Assembly (NCBI GenBank): GCA_963734495.1
Contig: CAVTHK010000015.1
Location: 75,370-139,369 of the forward strand
DNA length: 64,000 bases
Direction of reading: 5' to 3'
DNA from: an uncultured Spirochaetota bacterium
Lineage (GTDB): Bacteria > Spirochaetota > Spirochaetia > SZUA-6 > CAVTHK01
Shown here: one piece after another, positions 22,830 through 42,747 of the stretch
Layout: each line of letters opens with the position of its first letter
How positions within the stretch are numbered: the stretch's first letter is position 1
Made by a program: the position numbers and the translations under genes
Notes under the pieces: generated by a model
What the model was told of the DNA's origin: nothing
Seen by the model: only the letters and a program-made list of their open reading frames with translations
The model's database searches: none

Positions 22830-23142
22830 AGCCCCTTCGCGATCTTGCTTCTTCCACCTCTGCGAGCGGCTCCTCCGCACCCGGGGTCGCCGCCAGCTTG
22901 TCGTAGGCGGCCAGGATCTGCCGCTGTATCTGGTTGCGAAACTCCGAGTTGATCGGGTGCGCTATGTCCTTGTACTCCCCCGTCTGGGTCTTCCGACTCG
23001 GCATCGCAACGAACGTACCCGACTGCCCCTTGATGATCTTGAGGTTGTGCACGGCGAAGCAGTCATCGAACGTCAGCGTAACATAAGCCTTGAGCTTGCC
23101 CTCGCTCTCGACTCTGCGGATGCGGATGTCGGTGATGTCCAC
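22830..23142 (-). CDS. spoVG: SpoVG nucleic-acid-binding protein (stop apparently lost; 3' end approximate)
   Basis: ITDIRIRRV..GKLKAYVTLTFDDCFAVHNLKII.G..GTFVAMPSRK..GEYKDIAHPINSEFR; SD-like GAGGGGGTG before GTG. Confidence 0.93.
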
Positions 23143-23169
23143 AGCGGCACCCCCTCGTGCGTGCATCAG

Positions 23170-23198
23170 ATTCTACAATGGGTCCATACCCAATGCAA
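23170..23198 (-). promoter_or_regulatory. spoVG operon proximal promoter
   Basis: Minus strand TTGCAT-N17-TAGAAT. Confidence 0.65.
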
Positions 23199-23229
23199 GC
23201 AAGAGTCGAGCCGCTTTGTCAGGTTGCGC

Positions 23230-23257
23230 ATTATAACGGTTCACCCGCGAGTGTCAA
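23230..23257 (-). promoter_or_regulatory. spoVG operon distal promoter
   Basis: Minus strand TTGACA-N16-TATAAT with GC-rich discriminator GCGCAACC. Confidence 0.75.
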
Positions 23258-23647
23258 GGCTCGCCGCAGCGGAACGGCGGGAGGCGACGCCCCGCCAGGC
23301 GCCCGACGTCCGGCGGGGCTGCCGGAACGCCATGGCGACGCCGGCACTTCGCCGCGGCCGGCGCGGTTCCCCGGGGCGGCCGGCGCGGCTCGCCCGGGCG
23401 CCGCCCGGCGCCGCGCCGGGCTGGGAGCGTGCAGCGTGGCAAGCGGTCGGAAGCTCGCGTGGCGGCGCGACGGCGCCGCCGGGAGGCCGCTGCCGCGATC
23501 CCGGCCGGCCGTCGTTTCGAGCGGCGGCGAGGCCGCTGCAGGCGCGTTCGGGCTCCCCTCGAATCGAGCACCCGGCGGCCCTGGCGCTCCGGCCGGACGC
23601 CACGCCAGGCGCCCCGGGTTGCCGCCAACTCCCTCTGCGAAAGCCTG

Positions 23648-23699
23648 TTGACATTTCGAAGAGGAAGCACATAGATTGGTCGATAGAAAAGCAAGGAGG
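23648..23699 (+). promoter_or_regulatory. Promoter and SD of the acidic protein gene
   Basis: TTGACA-N18-TAGATT (23648-23677); AAGGAGG at 23693-23699. Confidence 0.55.
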
Positions 23700-23713
23700 C
23701 CAGGAAAGCGATC

Positions 23714-24124
23714 ATGAGCTCACTGAACGCGGGCGACGACTGCTATCTTCTGATGGGCTCCGACGACGACGCGGGTGACCTCGAGGACGACGAGCTCTTC
23801 GACGACGACTTCGACGACTACGAAGAGGACTTAGACGACGACGACTACGACGAGGACGACCTCGAAGACGAGGAGTCCGAGGACTACGACAGCAGCGGCG
23901 AAGAAGCTCTCGAAGACGGGGACTACGAAGAGGACGAGGACGACGACGAGGAGGAGGAAGAAGAAGAGGAGGAGGACGAAGAGGAAGAAGACGAGGATCA
24001 TGACGAAGACGAAGAGGATGAAGACGACGACGAAGAAGAGGACGCCGAGGAGGACGAGGACTTCTTCGACGAGGACTACGACTCCGACGACGACGATACC
24101 GACGAGGCTGACGACGAAGAGTAG
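23714..24124 (+). CDS. Extremely acidic low-complexity protein, 136 aa, function unknown
   Basis: 95 of 136 residues D/E by hand count, no K or R; mixed synonymous GAC/GAG/GAA/GAT codons; upstream promoter and SD. Confidence 0.75.
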   Translation: MSSLNAGDDCYLLMGSDDDAGDLEDDELFDDDFDDYEEDLDDDDYDEDDLEDEESEDYDSSGEEALEDGDYEEDEDDDEEEEEEEEEDEEEEDEDHDEDEEDEDDDEEEDAEEDEDFFDEDYDSDDDDTDEADDEE

Positions 24125-24472
24125 ACCTCTTCGGCCATGAACCAGAGCTTCTCCAGCTCGTAGAAGTCGCGCTTCTCGCGCTCCATGAGGTGGACGACAA
24201 AGCTGCCGCAGTCGACCAGCACCCAGCCCGATTCCGCGGCGTTGCGTGCCTCGGTTGAGCGACTTACCGATTTTTCCTTCAGACAGGTCCAGGACGTAGT
24301 CGAGAAGGCTGCGCAGGTGGGTCTCGCTGTGCGCCGTGGCGATCACGAAGTAATCGGTCCAGCTGCAGACCCCGCCCACGTGGAGGACCACCGTGTCCTC
24401 GGCCTGTGCTCTTCGAGCACTGTTGCCGCTGTCGAGGGCCGTGGCGCGGCTACTGTTTGACGTATCGTCCAT
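24076..24472 (-). CDS. rsfS: Ribosome silencing factor (Iojap) (split by indels)
   Basis: [42 protein letters not shown]. Confidence 0.92.
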
Positions 24473-25648
24473 CGAAATCCCTTCCCAGGATCACGGTCAC
24501 GTCCGCGTCGCTGGAGGCGCTCGGCTGGGCGTGCATCCGCTCGCAGTGGATGATCTCGGCCACGCGCTTCGCCGCATCGGGGTTGCCGCGGCGGTCGAGC
24601 ACGACGGTGTTCACGTACTTGTCGTTGTCGGCGTTGCCGAACGAGACGACCTCGAAACCGAAGCTCTCGTAGAGCGCCTTGGTGCGGCGCGCGAGACCGT
24701 CCAGGGCGGTCCCGTTGAGGATCTCGATGCGGACCGTGACCGACTCGGTCGCTCGCTTCGCTCTGGTTCCTGATGGCCTGGCTCATCTGGCTCACCGTCT
24801 CGCGGATCAGGGCGCCCTCGTAATGGGGCAGCAGCACTTCGCCGTTGACGCCTTCGACCTGCCGCAGGCTGCCCATCACTCTCTGGAACACCAGGTGGTC
24901 GGGGTCGAGGCGGCCGAGCTCGCGGACCAGGGAGTCCACGCCGCGTGAGCTGATGTTCGTCTGGAGAATAGCTCTTGAACACGGCGTTCGCCGCGGGGTT
25001 GCCGAGGAGATCCTGGGTCGCCGGCTGGCCGATCCGTTCTGAGAAGCGACTGCAGGAACTTCTGCTGGCGCCCGACCCTCTCCATTTCCTCCTCGATCGG
25101 GTCCTCGTAGCTCGAGGTACTGGAGCGCCTTGTCGCCGTCCAGGGTCACGCTGCCGGAAGGCAGGAGCGTCGCGGTTGCCCCCCGACTCGCTGTCGATGG
25201 GGTTGGAGATGAACAGGTCTCGATGCCGCCGAGCAGGTCGACGATGTTCGCGATCGTGGTCGTACGAGCAGCACGACATGGAACGGGATCGGCGCCTTGA
25301 CGAGCTGCTCCGTCTTCCTGCGCAGCGGCGTCGAGGTTGCCGGCGGCGTAGAGCACCGAGATGCGGTCGAAGCGGCCGAGCTCGGCGATCTGCAGGCCCA
25401 GGTTGGCCGGGATGAAGAAGAGCCCGCCGCGCTTGGTGTGTGGGCTCGTACAGCAGCAGCTCCATGTGATCGAGCGCGTCCGCCGCGGGCGATGATGAAC
25501 AGGACGTTGACGGGAGAGCCCGTGGGCCACCATCTCCGTCAGGGCGTCGGTGCGGAACTGGAGAAAACCGTAGACACCGGCCGCGACGACGACCAGAACG
25601 ATCAGGACGAGCATCAGAGATGCTCTTGTCCGGCTTGCGCGTCCTCAC
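24450..25648 (-). CDS. LCP-family protein with C-terminal LytR_C domain (split by indels)
   Basis: N-terminal TM, IVDLLGGI, SVTLDGDKALQYL, RQQKF, IEILNGT..GLA, GFEV..GNA, DVTVILGRDF. Confidence 0.8.
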
Positions 25649-26242
25649 CCGAGCTCCCTCCCGAGCCCCCTCCTGAGCTCCTCGATCATCAGCCGGGTCT
25701 CCGCGAGCGGCTCGAACCCTTTCAGCCGATAGTACGCGGCGAGCTCCTCGGCCACCAGCAGGACGATCTCGTCCAGACTCCCCGCGGGCGAGCGCCCGGC
25801 GCCGCAGCTTCCGCGCGAAGCGGCGCCCGGCTCCAGCAGATCGGCAGCATAGACCGCCTTGGCCACGTCGTCGAGCGCCGGGCCTCCCGCGATGTGCCAG
25901 CGGACGGCCCGCAGGACGACCGGATCGTCGACGCCGTTTTCGCGCAGCAGGGCTTCGGCCGCCGCGCCGTGCATGAGGACGGGACGCGCGAGCGCGGCGG
26001 GGTCGGGCTCGCCGCCGCAGCGGGCGGCGAGGGCCGCGAGCCGCTCCGCGCGGCAGCTCCCGCGCCACGTCGTGGCCGAGCCCTGCGACGAAGGACCGCT
26101 GCGGATCGAAGCCGAAGCGCTCGGCCAGCTCCCGCGCGCAGCGGGCCACCCGGAGGGAGTGACGCCGGCGCTTCGGAGAGAGGCGCCCCAGCAGGAGGCG
26201 GATCGCGCGGACTTCAGCCGACGTACAGCCCGTGACGCGCAA
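25645..26242 (-). CDS. yqeK: YqeK-like HD hydrolase (Ap4A hydrolase family; split by indels)
   Basis: LSPKRRRHSLRVA, AGLGHDVARE, LMHGAAA, AVRWH, VYAADLLEPG; follows nadD; GGAGG SD before TTG. Confidence 0.85.
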
Positions 26243-26789
26243 TGTACCTCCACACCCGCTCCGGAAGGAGGAAACGAACGGTCTCGCGCCTCGCCAGCCG
26301 TTCGCGGATGACGGTCGAGGAAACCGGCAGGATCGTCGTTGCCAAGGTACCGGTGGGGATACGCGAAGTCCAGGGCCTCGGCGCTCGCTCCTCCGGCACA
26401 CCAGGAGGTCGACGCGTTCGACGAGCTCCTCCACCCTCTTCCAGCGGGAGAAGCCCGCGAGCAGGTCGTCGCCGATGATGAGCCCGAGCCGGCCCTGCGG
26501 GCGGTACCTGCGCTCTATGTCCGCGACCGTCTCGATCATGTAGGACACGCCGCCCCTGCGGATCTCGCAGGGGTCGCACACGAACGCCGGGAGGCCCGCG
26601 AGCGCCATCCTCACCATGCGCAGGCGCTCTTCGGGGCCGACGGTGCCCGGCACGTCCTTGTGCGCGGGTACGTTCGACGGCACGAAGACGATGCGATCGT
26701 AGCCGCACGTCGTCCGCGCGACCTCCGCCGCGAAGAGATGTCCGTAGTGGATCGGGTTGAACGTGCCGCCCGAGGATCGCAGCCTTCAT
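26214..26789 (-). CDS. nadD: Nicotinate-nucleotide adenylyltransferase (split by indels)
   Basis: [51 protein letters not shown]. Confidence 0.93.
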   Translation of the reverse strand: MKAAILGRHVQPDPLRTSLRGGGRADDVRLRSHRLRAVERTRAQGRAGHRRPRRAPAHGEDGARGPPGVRVRPLRDPQGRRVLHDRDGRGHRAQVPPAGPARAHHRRRPARGLLPLEEGGGARRTRRPPGVPEERAPRPWTSRIPTGTLATTILPVSSTVIRERLARRETVRFLLPERVWRYIARHGLYVG

Positions 26790-27778
26790 GCGGCGGTCTA
26801 TCACCTCCACGAGCGCGCGCACCAGGTCCTCGAGCCCACGTGCCGGTGAGCGCCGAGATCCCCACGACGCGCTCGCCCGGGAGCGAGCGCGCGAGCTCCT
26901 CGAGACGCGCCGGCGCCGCCGGCGTGTCCAGCTTGTTGCCGACGATGATGCCGCCGCCGCCCCGCCATCTCCGGCGAAAAGGCCCGGACCTCGGCCTCGA
27001 GGGTCGGCACGGCCCGCAGGGCGCCTTCATCCTCGAGGTCCACGATGTAGGCGAGCACCGCCGTCCGCGCCACGTGCCTGAGGAACTGGTTCCCCATGCC
27101 GGCGCCGCTTCGAGGCGCCCTCGATCAGGCCCGGGAATGTCGGCGAGCACGATGTCCAGGTCGCCGATGCGGAGGACGCCCAGGTGAGGGATCAACGTGG
27201 TGAAGGGGTACGCGGCCACCTTGGGCCTCGCCCGCGTGAGCCGCGAGATCAGCGTCGACTTGCCGGCGTTCGGCAGCCCCACCAGCCCGACGTCCGCGAT
27301 GAGGCTCAGCTCGACCCGCAGCTTGCGCGCGGCGCCCGGCGTCCCCGGCTGCGCGAAGCGCGGCGTCCTGTGCGTCGCAGTGGCGAAGTGCGTGTTGCCC
27401 TTGCCTCCCCGTCCGCCCTGGAGGAACAGCCAGCGCTCTCCGCTCTGCGACAGATCCCGCAGCAGCTCGCCGCTCCGGCCGTCCCTGATCGAGCGTGCCC
27501 GGCGGCACCGGGACTTCGACGTCCGCGCCGCGATGTCCCGTGCGATTCTGCGAGCCCCCGCGCGCGCCGTTTTCGGCGTGGAACGACCTGCGGTTGCGGA
27601 GGTGAGCGAGTGTCTTGAGATTGGACCTTACGACAAAGAAGAGGTCGCCGCCGTCGCCGCCGTCGCCGCCGTCGGGGCCGCCGCGCGGAACGTACTTCTC
27701 GCGACGGAACGACACGGCCCCGGCGCCGCCGTTGCCCGAAGCGACCTCGATCAGCGCCTCGTCGACGAACCCGTGCAC
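26786..27778 (-). CDS. obgE: GTPase Obg/CgtA (split by indels)
   Basis: [70 protein letters not shown]. Confidence 0.95.
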
Positions 27779-27781
27779 GCC

Positions 27782-28039
27782 TCAGCGCGACTCGGGCATG
27801 ACGCTCGCGAGCTTGCGGCCTCTGCGCTCGTGGTACTTCACGACGCCGTCGATGCGCGCGTACAGCGTGTCGTCGCTGCCGATGCCCACGTTGTCGCCCG
27901 GATGAAACTTGGTGCCGCGCTGGCGCAGGAGGATCGTCCCGGCCGTGACCAGCTCGCCGCCGAAGCGCTTGATGCCGATGCGCTGGGAATTCGAATCCCT
28001 GCCGTTCCGCGAGCTTCCCTGTCCCTTCTTATGAGCCAT
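27782..28039 (-). CDS. rpmA: 50S ribosomal protein L27
   Basis: [38 protein letters not shown]. Confidence 0.98.
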   Translation of the reverse strand: MAHKKGQGSSRNGRDSNSQRIGIKRFGGELVTAGTILLRQRGTKFHPGDNVGIGSDDTLYARIDGVVKYHERRGRKLASVMPESR

Positions 28040-28049
28040 GGCTTAGCCC

Positions 28050-28365
28050 TCAAACGAGCGTGATGTCTTCGACGCGAAGGACCGAGAACGACTGGCGGTG
28101 GCCCCGCTTCTTGTGGAAGCCCTTGCGCTTGCGGTACCGGTAGACCACGATCTTGCGGTCGCGGCCTTCGTCCTCGACCACTGTCCGCACCTTCGCGCCG
28201 GCCACGTACGGGGTCCCGATCTTGACGGCGGCGCCGTCGGAGGTGAGCAGAACCGAGTCGAACTCCACCACGTCGCCCTTGGCGACGGCTCAGGAGATCG
28301 ACCTTGAGCCGGGCGCCTTTTTCAGCCTTGTACTGCCTGCCGTTGATGCTTACGAGCGCGTACAT
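28050..28365 (-). CDS. rplU: 50S ribosomal protein L21 (one indel)
   Basis: MYALVSINGRQYKA, IGTPYVAGAKV, KKRGHRQ. Confidence 0.96.
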
Positions 28366-28430
28366 CGTTTCCTCGGGGGTCTTCAGATTGAGATAGAGCG
28401 CCCTAAATTAGCACGCCGCGGGCGAGCCGG

Positions 28431-29897
28431 TCAAGGCAGAACGGTCTCTCCCATGAGGTAGCGGTCGGTCTCGCGGGCCGCCCCGCGGCCCTCGTTGATC
28501 GCCCACACCACGAGCGACTGTCCCCGCCGCATGTCGCCGGCGGCGAACACGCCCGGAACGCTGGAGGCGAAGCGTCCATGCTCCGCCTTTACGTTCGAGC
28601 GGCCGTCGACTTCCAGCCCCAGCTGCCTGATCACGGTGTCTTCGGGACCGACGAAACCCATCGCGAGCAGCACGAGGTCCGCGGGGAACTCCTCCTCGGT
28701 GCCCGCGACCTCCTTGATCCGCTGCCGCCCGCTTGCGTCCTTTTCCCAGTCGACACGGACCGTGCGCACGAAGCGGACGCCGGTGCTCGGGCTGCCGACG
28801 AACTCCTTGACCAGGATGGCGAACTCCCTCGGGTCGCGGCCCAGGACCGCGCGGGCCTCCTCGTGGCCGTAGTCGACCCGGTAGATCCGCGGCCAGAAGG
28901 GCCACGGGTTGTCGGGCGCCCGCTCGAGCGGAGGCTGCGGCAGGATCTCGAAGTTCAGCAGGCTGCGGCAGCCGTGACGCATCGCCGTGCCCGACGCAGT
29001 CGTTGCCCGTGTCGCCGCCGCCGATGACGATGACGTCCCGCCCGCGCGCGGACGTGTAGCGCTCGTCGGCGAACCCGGAGTCGAGCAGGCTGCGGGTGTT
29101 GGGGCGCAGAAAGTCCATGGCGAAGAGGATGCCGGGGAGCTGGCGGCCCGGCGCGGGCAGGTCGCGCGGCACGGTCGCCCCGCAGGCGAGCACGACGCGC
29201 GTCGTTTTCCTCGCGAAGGGCGCGGGCGTCGACGTCGACCCCCACGTGCGCCCGGGGGACGAAGGTGACCCCCTCGCGCGCCATGAGCTCGACGCGGCGG
29301 TCGACCTTCCATTTTTCGATCTTCATGTTGGGGATGCCGTACATGAGGAGGCCGCCGATCCGGTCGTCCCGCTCGTAGACGGTCACCTGGTGCCCGGCCT
29401 TGTTGAGCTGGTCCGCGGCCGCGAGGCCCGACGGGCCGCTGCCCACGATCGGCCACGCGCTTGCCGGTGCGCCTCGCCGGCGGCGAAGGCCGGATCCAGC
29501 CTTCCTCCCAGGCCTTCTCGACGATGAAGTACTCGTTCTGCTTGATCGTCACGGGCGGGTCGGTGATCCCCAGGACGCACGCCGCCTCGCAGGGGGCCGG
29601 GCACACCAGGCCGGTGAATTCGGGGAAGTTGTTGGTCTTGTGCAACCGCTCGATCGCCTCGCGATAGCGGCCCCGGTAGACGAGGTCGTTCCACTCCGGG
29701 ATCAGGTTGTCGACCGGGCAGCCGTTGGCGGTCTGGCAGAACGGAACGCCGCAGTCCATGCACCGGGCGCCCTGGTTGCGCCGCTCCTCCTCCTGGAGCT
29801 CGCCGTGGAACTCGCGGAAGTCGGCGACACGCTCGCGGGGACCGCGCTCGGGGCCGCCGACCCTGGCGAACTCGAGGAAGCCTGTCGGTTTTCCCAT
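28431..29897 (-). CDS. gltD: Glutamate synthase small subunit (split by indels)
   Basis: [79 protein letters not shown]. Confidence 0.95.
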   Translation of the reverse strand: MGKPTGFLEFARVGGPERGPRERVADFREFHGELQEEERRNQGARCMDCGVPFCQTANGCPVDNLIPEWNDLVYRGRYREAIERLHKTNNFPEFTGLVCPAPCEAACVLGITDPPVTIKQNEYFIVEKAWEEGWIRPSPPARRTGKRVADRGQRPVGPRGRGPAQQGRAPGDRLRAGRPDRRPPHVRHPQHEDRKMEGRPPRRAHGARGGHLRPPGARGGRRRRPRPSRGKRRASCSPAGRPCRATCPRRAASSPASSSPWTFCAPTPAACSTPGSPTSATRPRAGGTSSSSAAATRATTASGTAMRHGCRSLLNFEILPQPPLERAPDNPWPFWPRIYRVDYGHEEARAVLGRDPREFAILVKEFVGSPSTGVRFVRTVRVDWEKDASGRQRIKEVAGTEEEFPADLVLLAMGFVGPEDTVIRQLGLEVDGRSNVKAEHGRFASSVPGVFAAGDMRRGQSLVVWAINEGRGAARETDRYLMGETVLP

Positions 29898-29898
29898 G

Positions 29899-34526
<4,628 letters not shown>

Positions 34527-34603
34527 CGTTCCCCCCGGCGCCGACGGCAAAAGCCGGGTCGCCCCGGCTCGCGCTTCGCCTCTGTCGGCGTTGGCTAAGG
34601 AAC

Positions 34604-34620
34604 TGCAAGAATCGTGCCCT
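34604..34620 (-). promoter_or_regulatory. Sigma-54 (-24/-12) promoter of gltBD
   Basis: Minus strand AGGGCACGATTCTTGCA matches TGGCACG-N4-TTGC with invariant GG and GC correctly spaced, 77 nt upstream of gltB ATG. Confidence 0.7.
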
Positions 34621-34705
34621 GGTTCCCGACTCTCCCGAAGACGCGCAGAAAGGCCCAAATAACGCCGGGAAACCGTGCGGCGGCCCTCTCCGGGTCCGTC
34701 CGCCG

Positions 34706-34750
34706 TACAAGAATGTAGGACCCGGAACACCCTGAAGCCACATTCTCGTA
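34706..34750. promoter_or_regulatory. Paired inverted sites (candidate enhancer/UAS)
   Basis: TACAAGAATGTAG-N19-CCACATTCTCGTA (11 of 13 inverted match). Confidence 0.45.
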
Positions 34751-34830
34751 GGTATTGGTCACGGCATGGGGTTCCCGACGGCCTGGGACGGCCAGGTGGG
34801 GCCAGCGACGCCCCCAGCGGCCTTTCCCCG

Positions 34831-34859
34831 TTGCAAAGAAATTCCGTTCCCGGTAGTAT
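34831..34859 (+). promoter_or_regulatory. Sigma-70-type promoter of nifJ
   Basis: TTGCAA-N17-TAGTAT; GGAGAG SD before ATG 34902. Confidence 0.5.
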
Positions 34860-34901
34860 GGAGAAAACAATCTCGATAATCCACGCGCGGGAGAGACGAA
34901 G

Positions 34902-38483
<3,582 letters not shown>

Positions 38484-38505
38484 CGCCTGCCCTCGTCTGC
38501 GCGCG

Positions 38506-38546
38506 AGGCCCGGGTGCCCTCTTCGGGGGCCCGGGCCTTTCTGTTT
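38506..38546 (+). terminator. Intrinsic terminator after nifJ
   Basis: AGGCCCGGG...CCCGGGCCT followed by TTCTGTTT. Confidence 0.75.
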
Positions 38547-38594
38547 CCCGGCCGCCCTTGCCCGCCGGTCTCATCCCGCATAGAATCCCGGTCC

Positions 38595-39767
38595 ATGGAA
38601 CGAGCCTTCTCCCGCAGGACCGAGCACCTGAAGCCCGAGGGCGCTTACCACGTGCTGGCCAAGGCGAACGCCCTGGAGGCGCAAGGGCGCGAGGTGATCC
38701 ACCTCGAGATCGGGCAGCCGGACTTCGACACGCTCGCCAACGTGAGCGACGCGGGGATCGCGGCGATCCGCAACGGGATGACGCGCTACACGGCGCCCTC
38801 CGGCATGCCGGCGCTGCGCGAGGCGATCGCGGCGGACGCGGGGCGGCGTCGCGGCATGAAAATCGGCCCGGAGCAGGTCGTCGTCGGCCCGGGGGCGAAG
38901 CCCCTGCTGTTCCTTCCGACGCTGGCGCTCGTGGAGCCGGGCGACGAGGTGATCTACCCGGACCCGGGCTTCCCCACCTACCGCGACATGATCGGCGTGG
39001 CGGGAGGCAAGCCGGTCCCGGTTCCGCTCCTCGAGGAAAAGGGCTTTTCTTTCGACCTCGAAGCGTTCGACAGGCTCGTGAGCAGCCGCACGAAGATGGT
39101 GGTGCTCAACTCGCCTGGCAACCCGACCGGCGGCGTCATGCCGAAGGCGGACCTCGAGCACGTCGCAGCCGCTGCCCGCAAGCACGGCTTCTGGGTGATG
39201 TCCGACGAGATCTACAGCCGGACCCACTACCTCGCCGGCGATGTCCCGAGCATCGCGGCGCTCCCGGGGATGGCGGAGCGCACGATCATCGTCGACGGCT
39301 TCTCGAAGACCTACGCGATGACGGGCTGGCGGCTCGGGCACGGGATCATGCCCGCGGCGCTCGCCGAGCGCCTCTCGCTGCTGATGGTCCACGCCGTCGG
39401 CTGCACCGCGCACTTCACGCAGGCCGCCGGCATCGAGGCGCTCACCGGCCCGCAGGCCGAGGTCGACCGCATCGTGGGCATCTACCGCCAGCGCAGGGAC
39501 CGGCTGGTCGCCGGGCTCAACGACCTGCCCGGAGTCGCGTGCAGGCTGCCGGAGGGCGCCTTCTACGCCTTCCCCAATGTCAAAGGGACGGGCATCCCCT
39601 GCCGCGAGCTCGCTTCGCGCCTCCTCGACGAGGCCGGGGTGGCCGTGCTGCCCGGAAGCGACTTCGGAAGCTGCGGCGAAGGGTACCTTCGCCTCACCTA
39701 CGCGAACAGCCTCGAGAACCTCGAGAAGGCGCTGCAGAAGATGCGCGCCTTTCTCCGGAAGCTGTAG
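38595..39767 (+). CDS. Class I PLP-dependent (aspartate-type) aminotransferase
   Basis: HLEIGQPDF, YT..SGM..LREAIA, NSPGNPTG, SDEIY, DGFSKTYAMTGWRLG, GAFYAFP; promoter TTGCCC-N17-TAGAAT at 38558-38586. Confidence 0.93.
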   Translation: MERAFSRRTEHLKPEGAYHVLAKANALEAQGREVIHLEIGQPDFDTLANVSDAGIAAIRNGMTRYTAPSGMPALREAIAADAGRRRGMKIGPEQVVVGPGAKPLLFLPTLALVEPGDEVIYPDPGFPTYRDMIGVAGGKPVPVPLLEEKGFSFDLEAFDRLVSSRTKMVVLNSPGNPTGGVMPKADLEHVAAAARKHGFWVMSDEIYSRTHYLAGDVPSIAALPGMAERTIIVDGFSKTYAMTGWRLGHGIMPAALAERLSLLMVHAVGCTAHFTQAAGIEALTGPQAEVDRIVGIYRQRRDRLVAGLNDLPGVACRLPEGAFYAFPNVKGTGIPCRELASRLLDEAGVAVLPGSDFGSCGEGYLRLTYANSLENLEKALQKMRAFLRKL

Positions 39768-39777
39768 GCGCGAGCGG

Positions 39778-40566
39778 TCAGTAAACCCGCTTCCGGACCA
39801 CCTGCACGGCCGATCCCAGCGTCAGCAGGCAGATGCCCGCGACTGCGGAGCCGACCACCCACGGCGCCGGGCCGGCGCCGCCGGCCGTCCGCTTGATCAG
39901 GATCCCGAGCACGGCCCAGTCCACGACCAGCGCGTAGAACACGTCCTTGCGGTGGAACAGTGCGACCAGCGCGAGCGCGATGCCCGCCGCCACCATCACG
40001 ACGGTCCAGAGCTCTTCGCTCAGGCCGAAGCGGCCCCAGCGAAAGGCCACGAGGACCGCGGTCACGTTGGCGATGCTCGCGATCGATATCCAGCCGAGAT
40101 AGACGCTCACCGGGAGGTGCACCAGGTACTTCTCGAGCGGCGGCGCCGACGAGCGACCGATGTCGAGCCGGAGGTAGATCGCGATCAGGGCGGCGAGCAG
40201 GGCGGCCATGCACACGAGGGAGAGCACGAGGTGCCGGTAGTGCCAGGCGAAGATCCACCCCGCGTTGACCGCGCACGTGACGAGAAACAGGGCGTCGATC
40301 TTTTCGATGAACCCGCCCGCGTCGCCCGGCTTGCCCGCGGCGACGAGCCCGTAGACGACCCACGCCCCCAACAAGAGGTAGATCACCCCCCAGACGGAAA
40401 AGGTGAGCCCCGCCGGAACGAACAGATTGGGGTACAGATCGGAGATCTGGCCGGTCGTGCTCCCCCCGAGCGGGACCGCGTTGGCCAGGACGTTGACCGC
40501 GAGGACAAAGGCGAATCCCGCGAAGTTCAGCACCGACAGTGACACCCGTTTCTGCGACTCGCCCAA
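39778..40566 (-). CDS. TspO/MBR-like multi-pass membrane protein
   Basis: [69 protein letters not shown] before TTG. Confidence 0.75.
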   Translation of the reverse strand: MGESQKRVSLSVLNFAGFAFVLAVNVLANAVPLGGSTTGQISDLYPNLFVPAGLTFSVWGVIYLLLGAWVVYGLVAAGKPGDAGGFIEKIDALFLVTCAVNAGWIFAWHYRHLVLSLVCMAALLAALIAIYLRLDIGRSSAPPLEKYLVHLPVSVYLGWISIASIANVTAVLVAFRWGRFGLSEELWTVVMVAAGIALALVALFHRKDVFYALVVDWAVLGILIKRTAGGAGPAPWVVGSAVAGICLLTLGSAVQVVRKRVY

Positions 40567-40644
40567 GTGGTCTCCTTTTGTTGGGGGCGCGGCGCGCGGC
40601 GCTCGCGGCGCCCCGGTTCGGCCGGGTTCGCGCATCCCGCGGAT

Positions 40645-42716
<2,072 letters not shown>

Positions 42717-42747
42717 GGCGCGATGCTATCCACGGCCGCGGGCGGCG

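Noticed and set aside
22711-22830. SpoVG ORF running through tRNA-Gln; Mut7-C ORF extending over tRNA-fMet and into parE
   Set aside because: ORF-caller extension or lost stop codons; the tRNAs are canonical
23260-23640. 380-nt very GC-rich stretch with hairpin potential and short ORFs
   Set aside because: No protein-like ORF or RNA family recognisable by eye; hairpins are expected at this GC level; an Rfam scan would be needed
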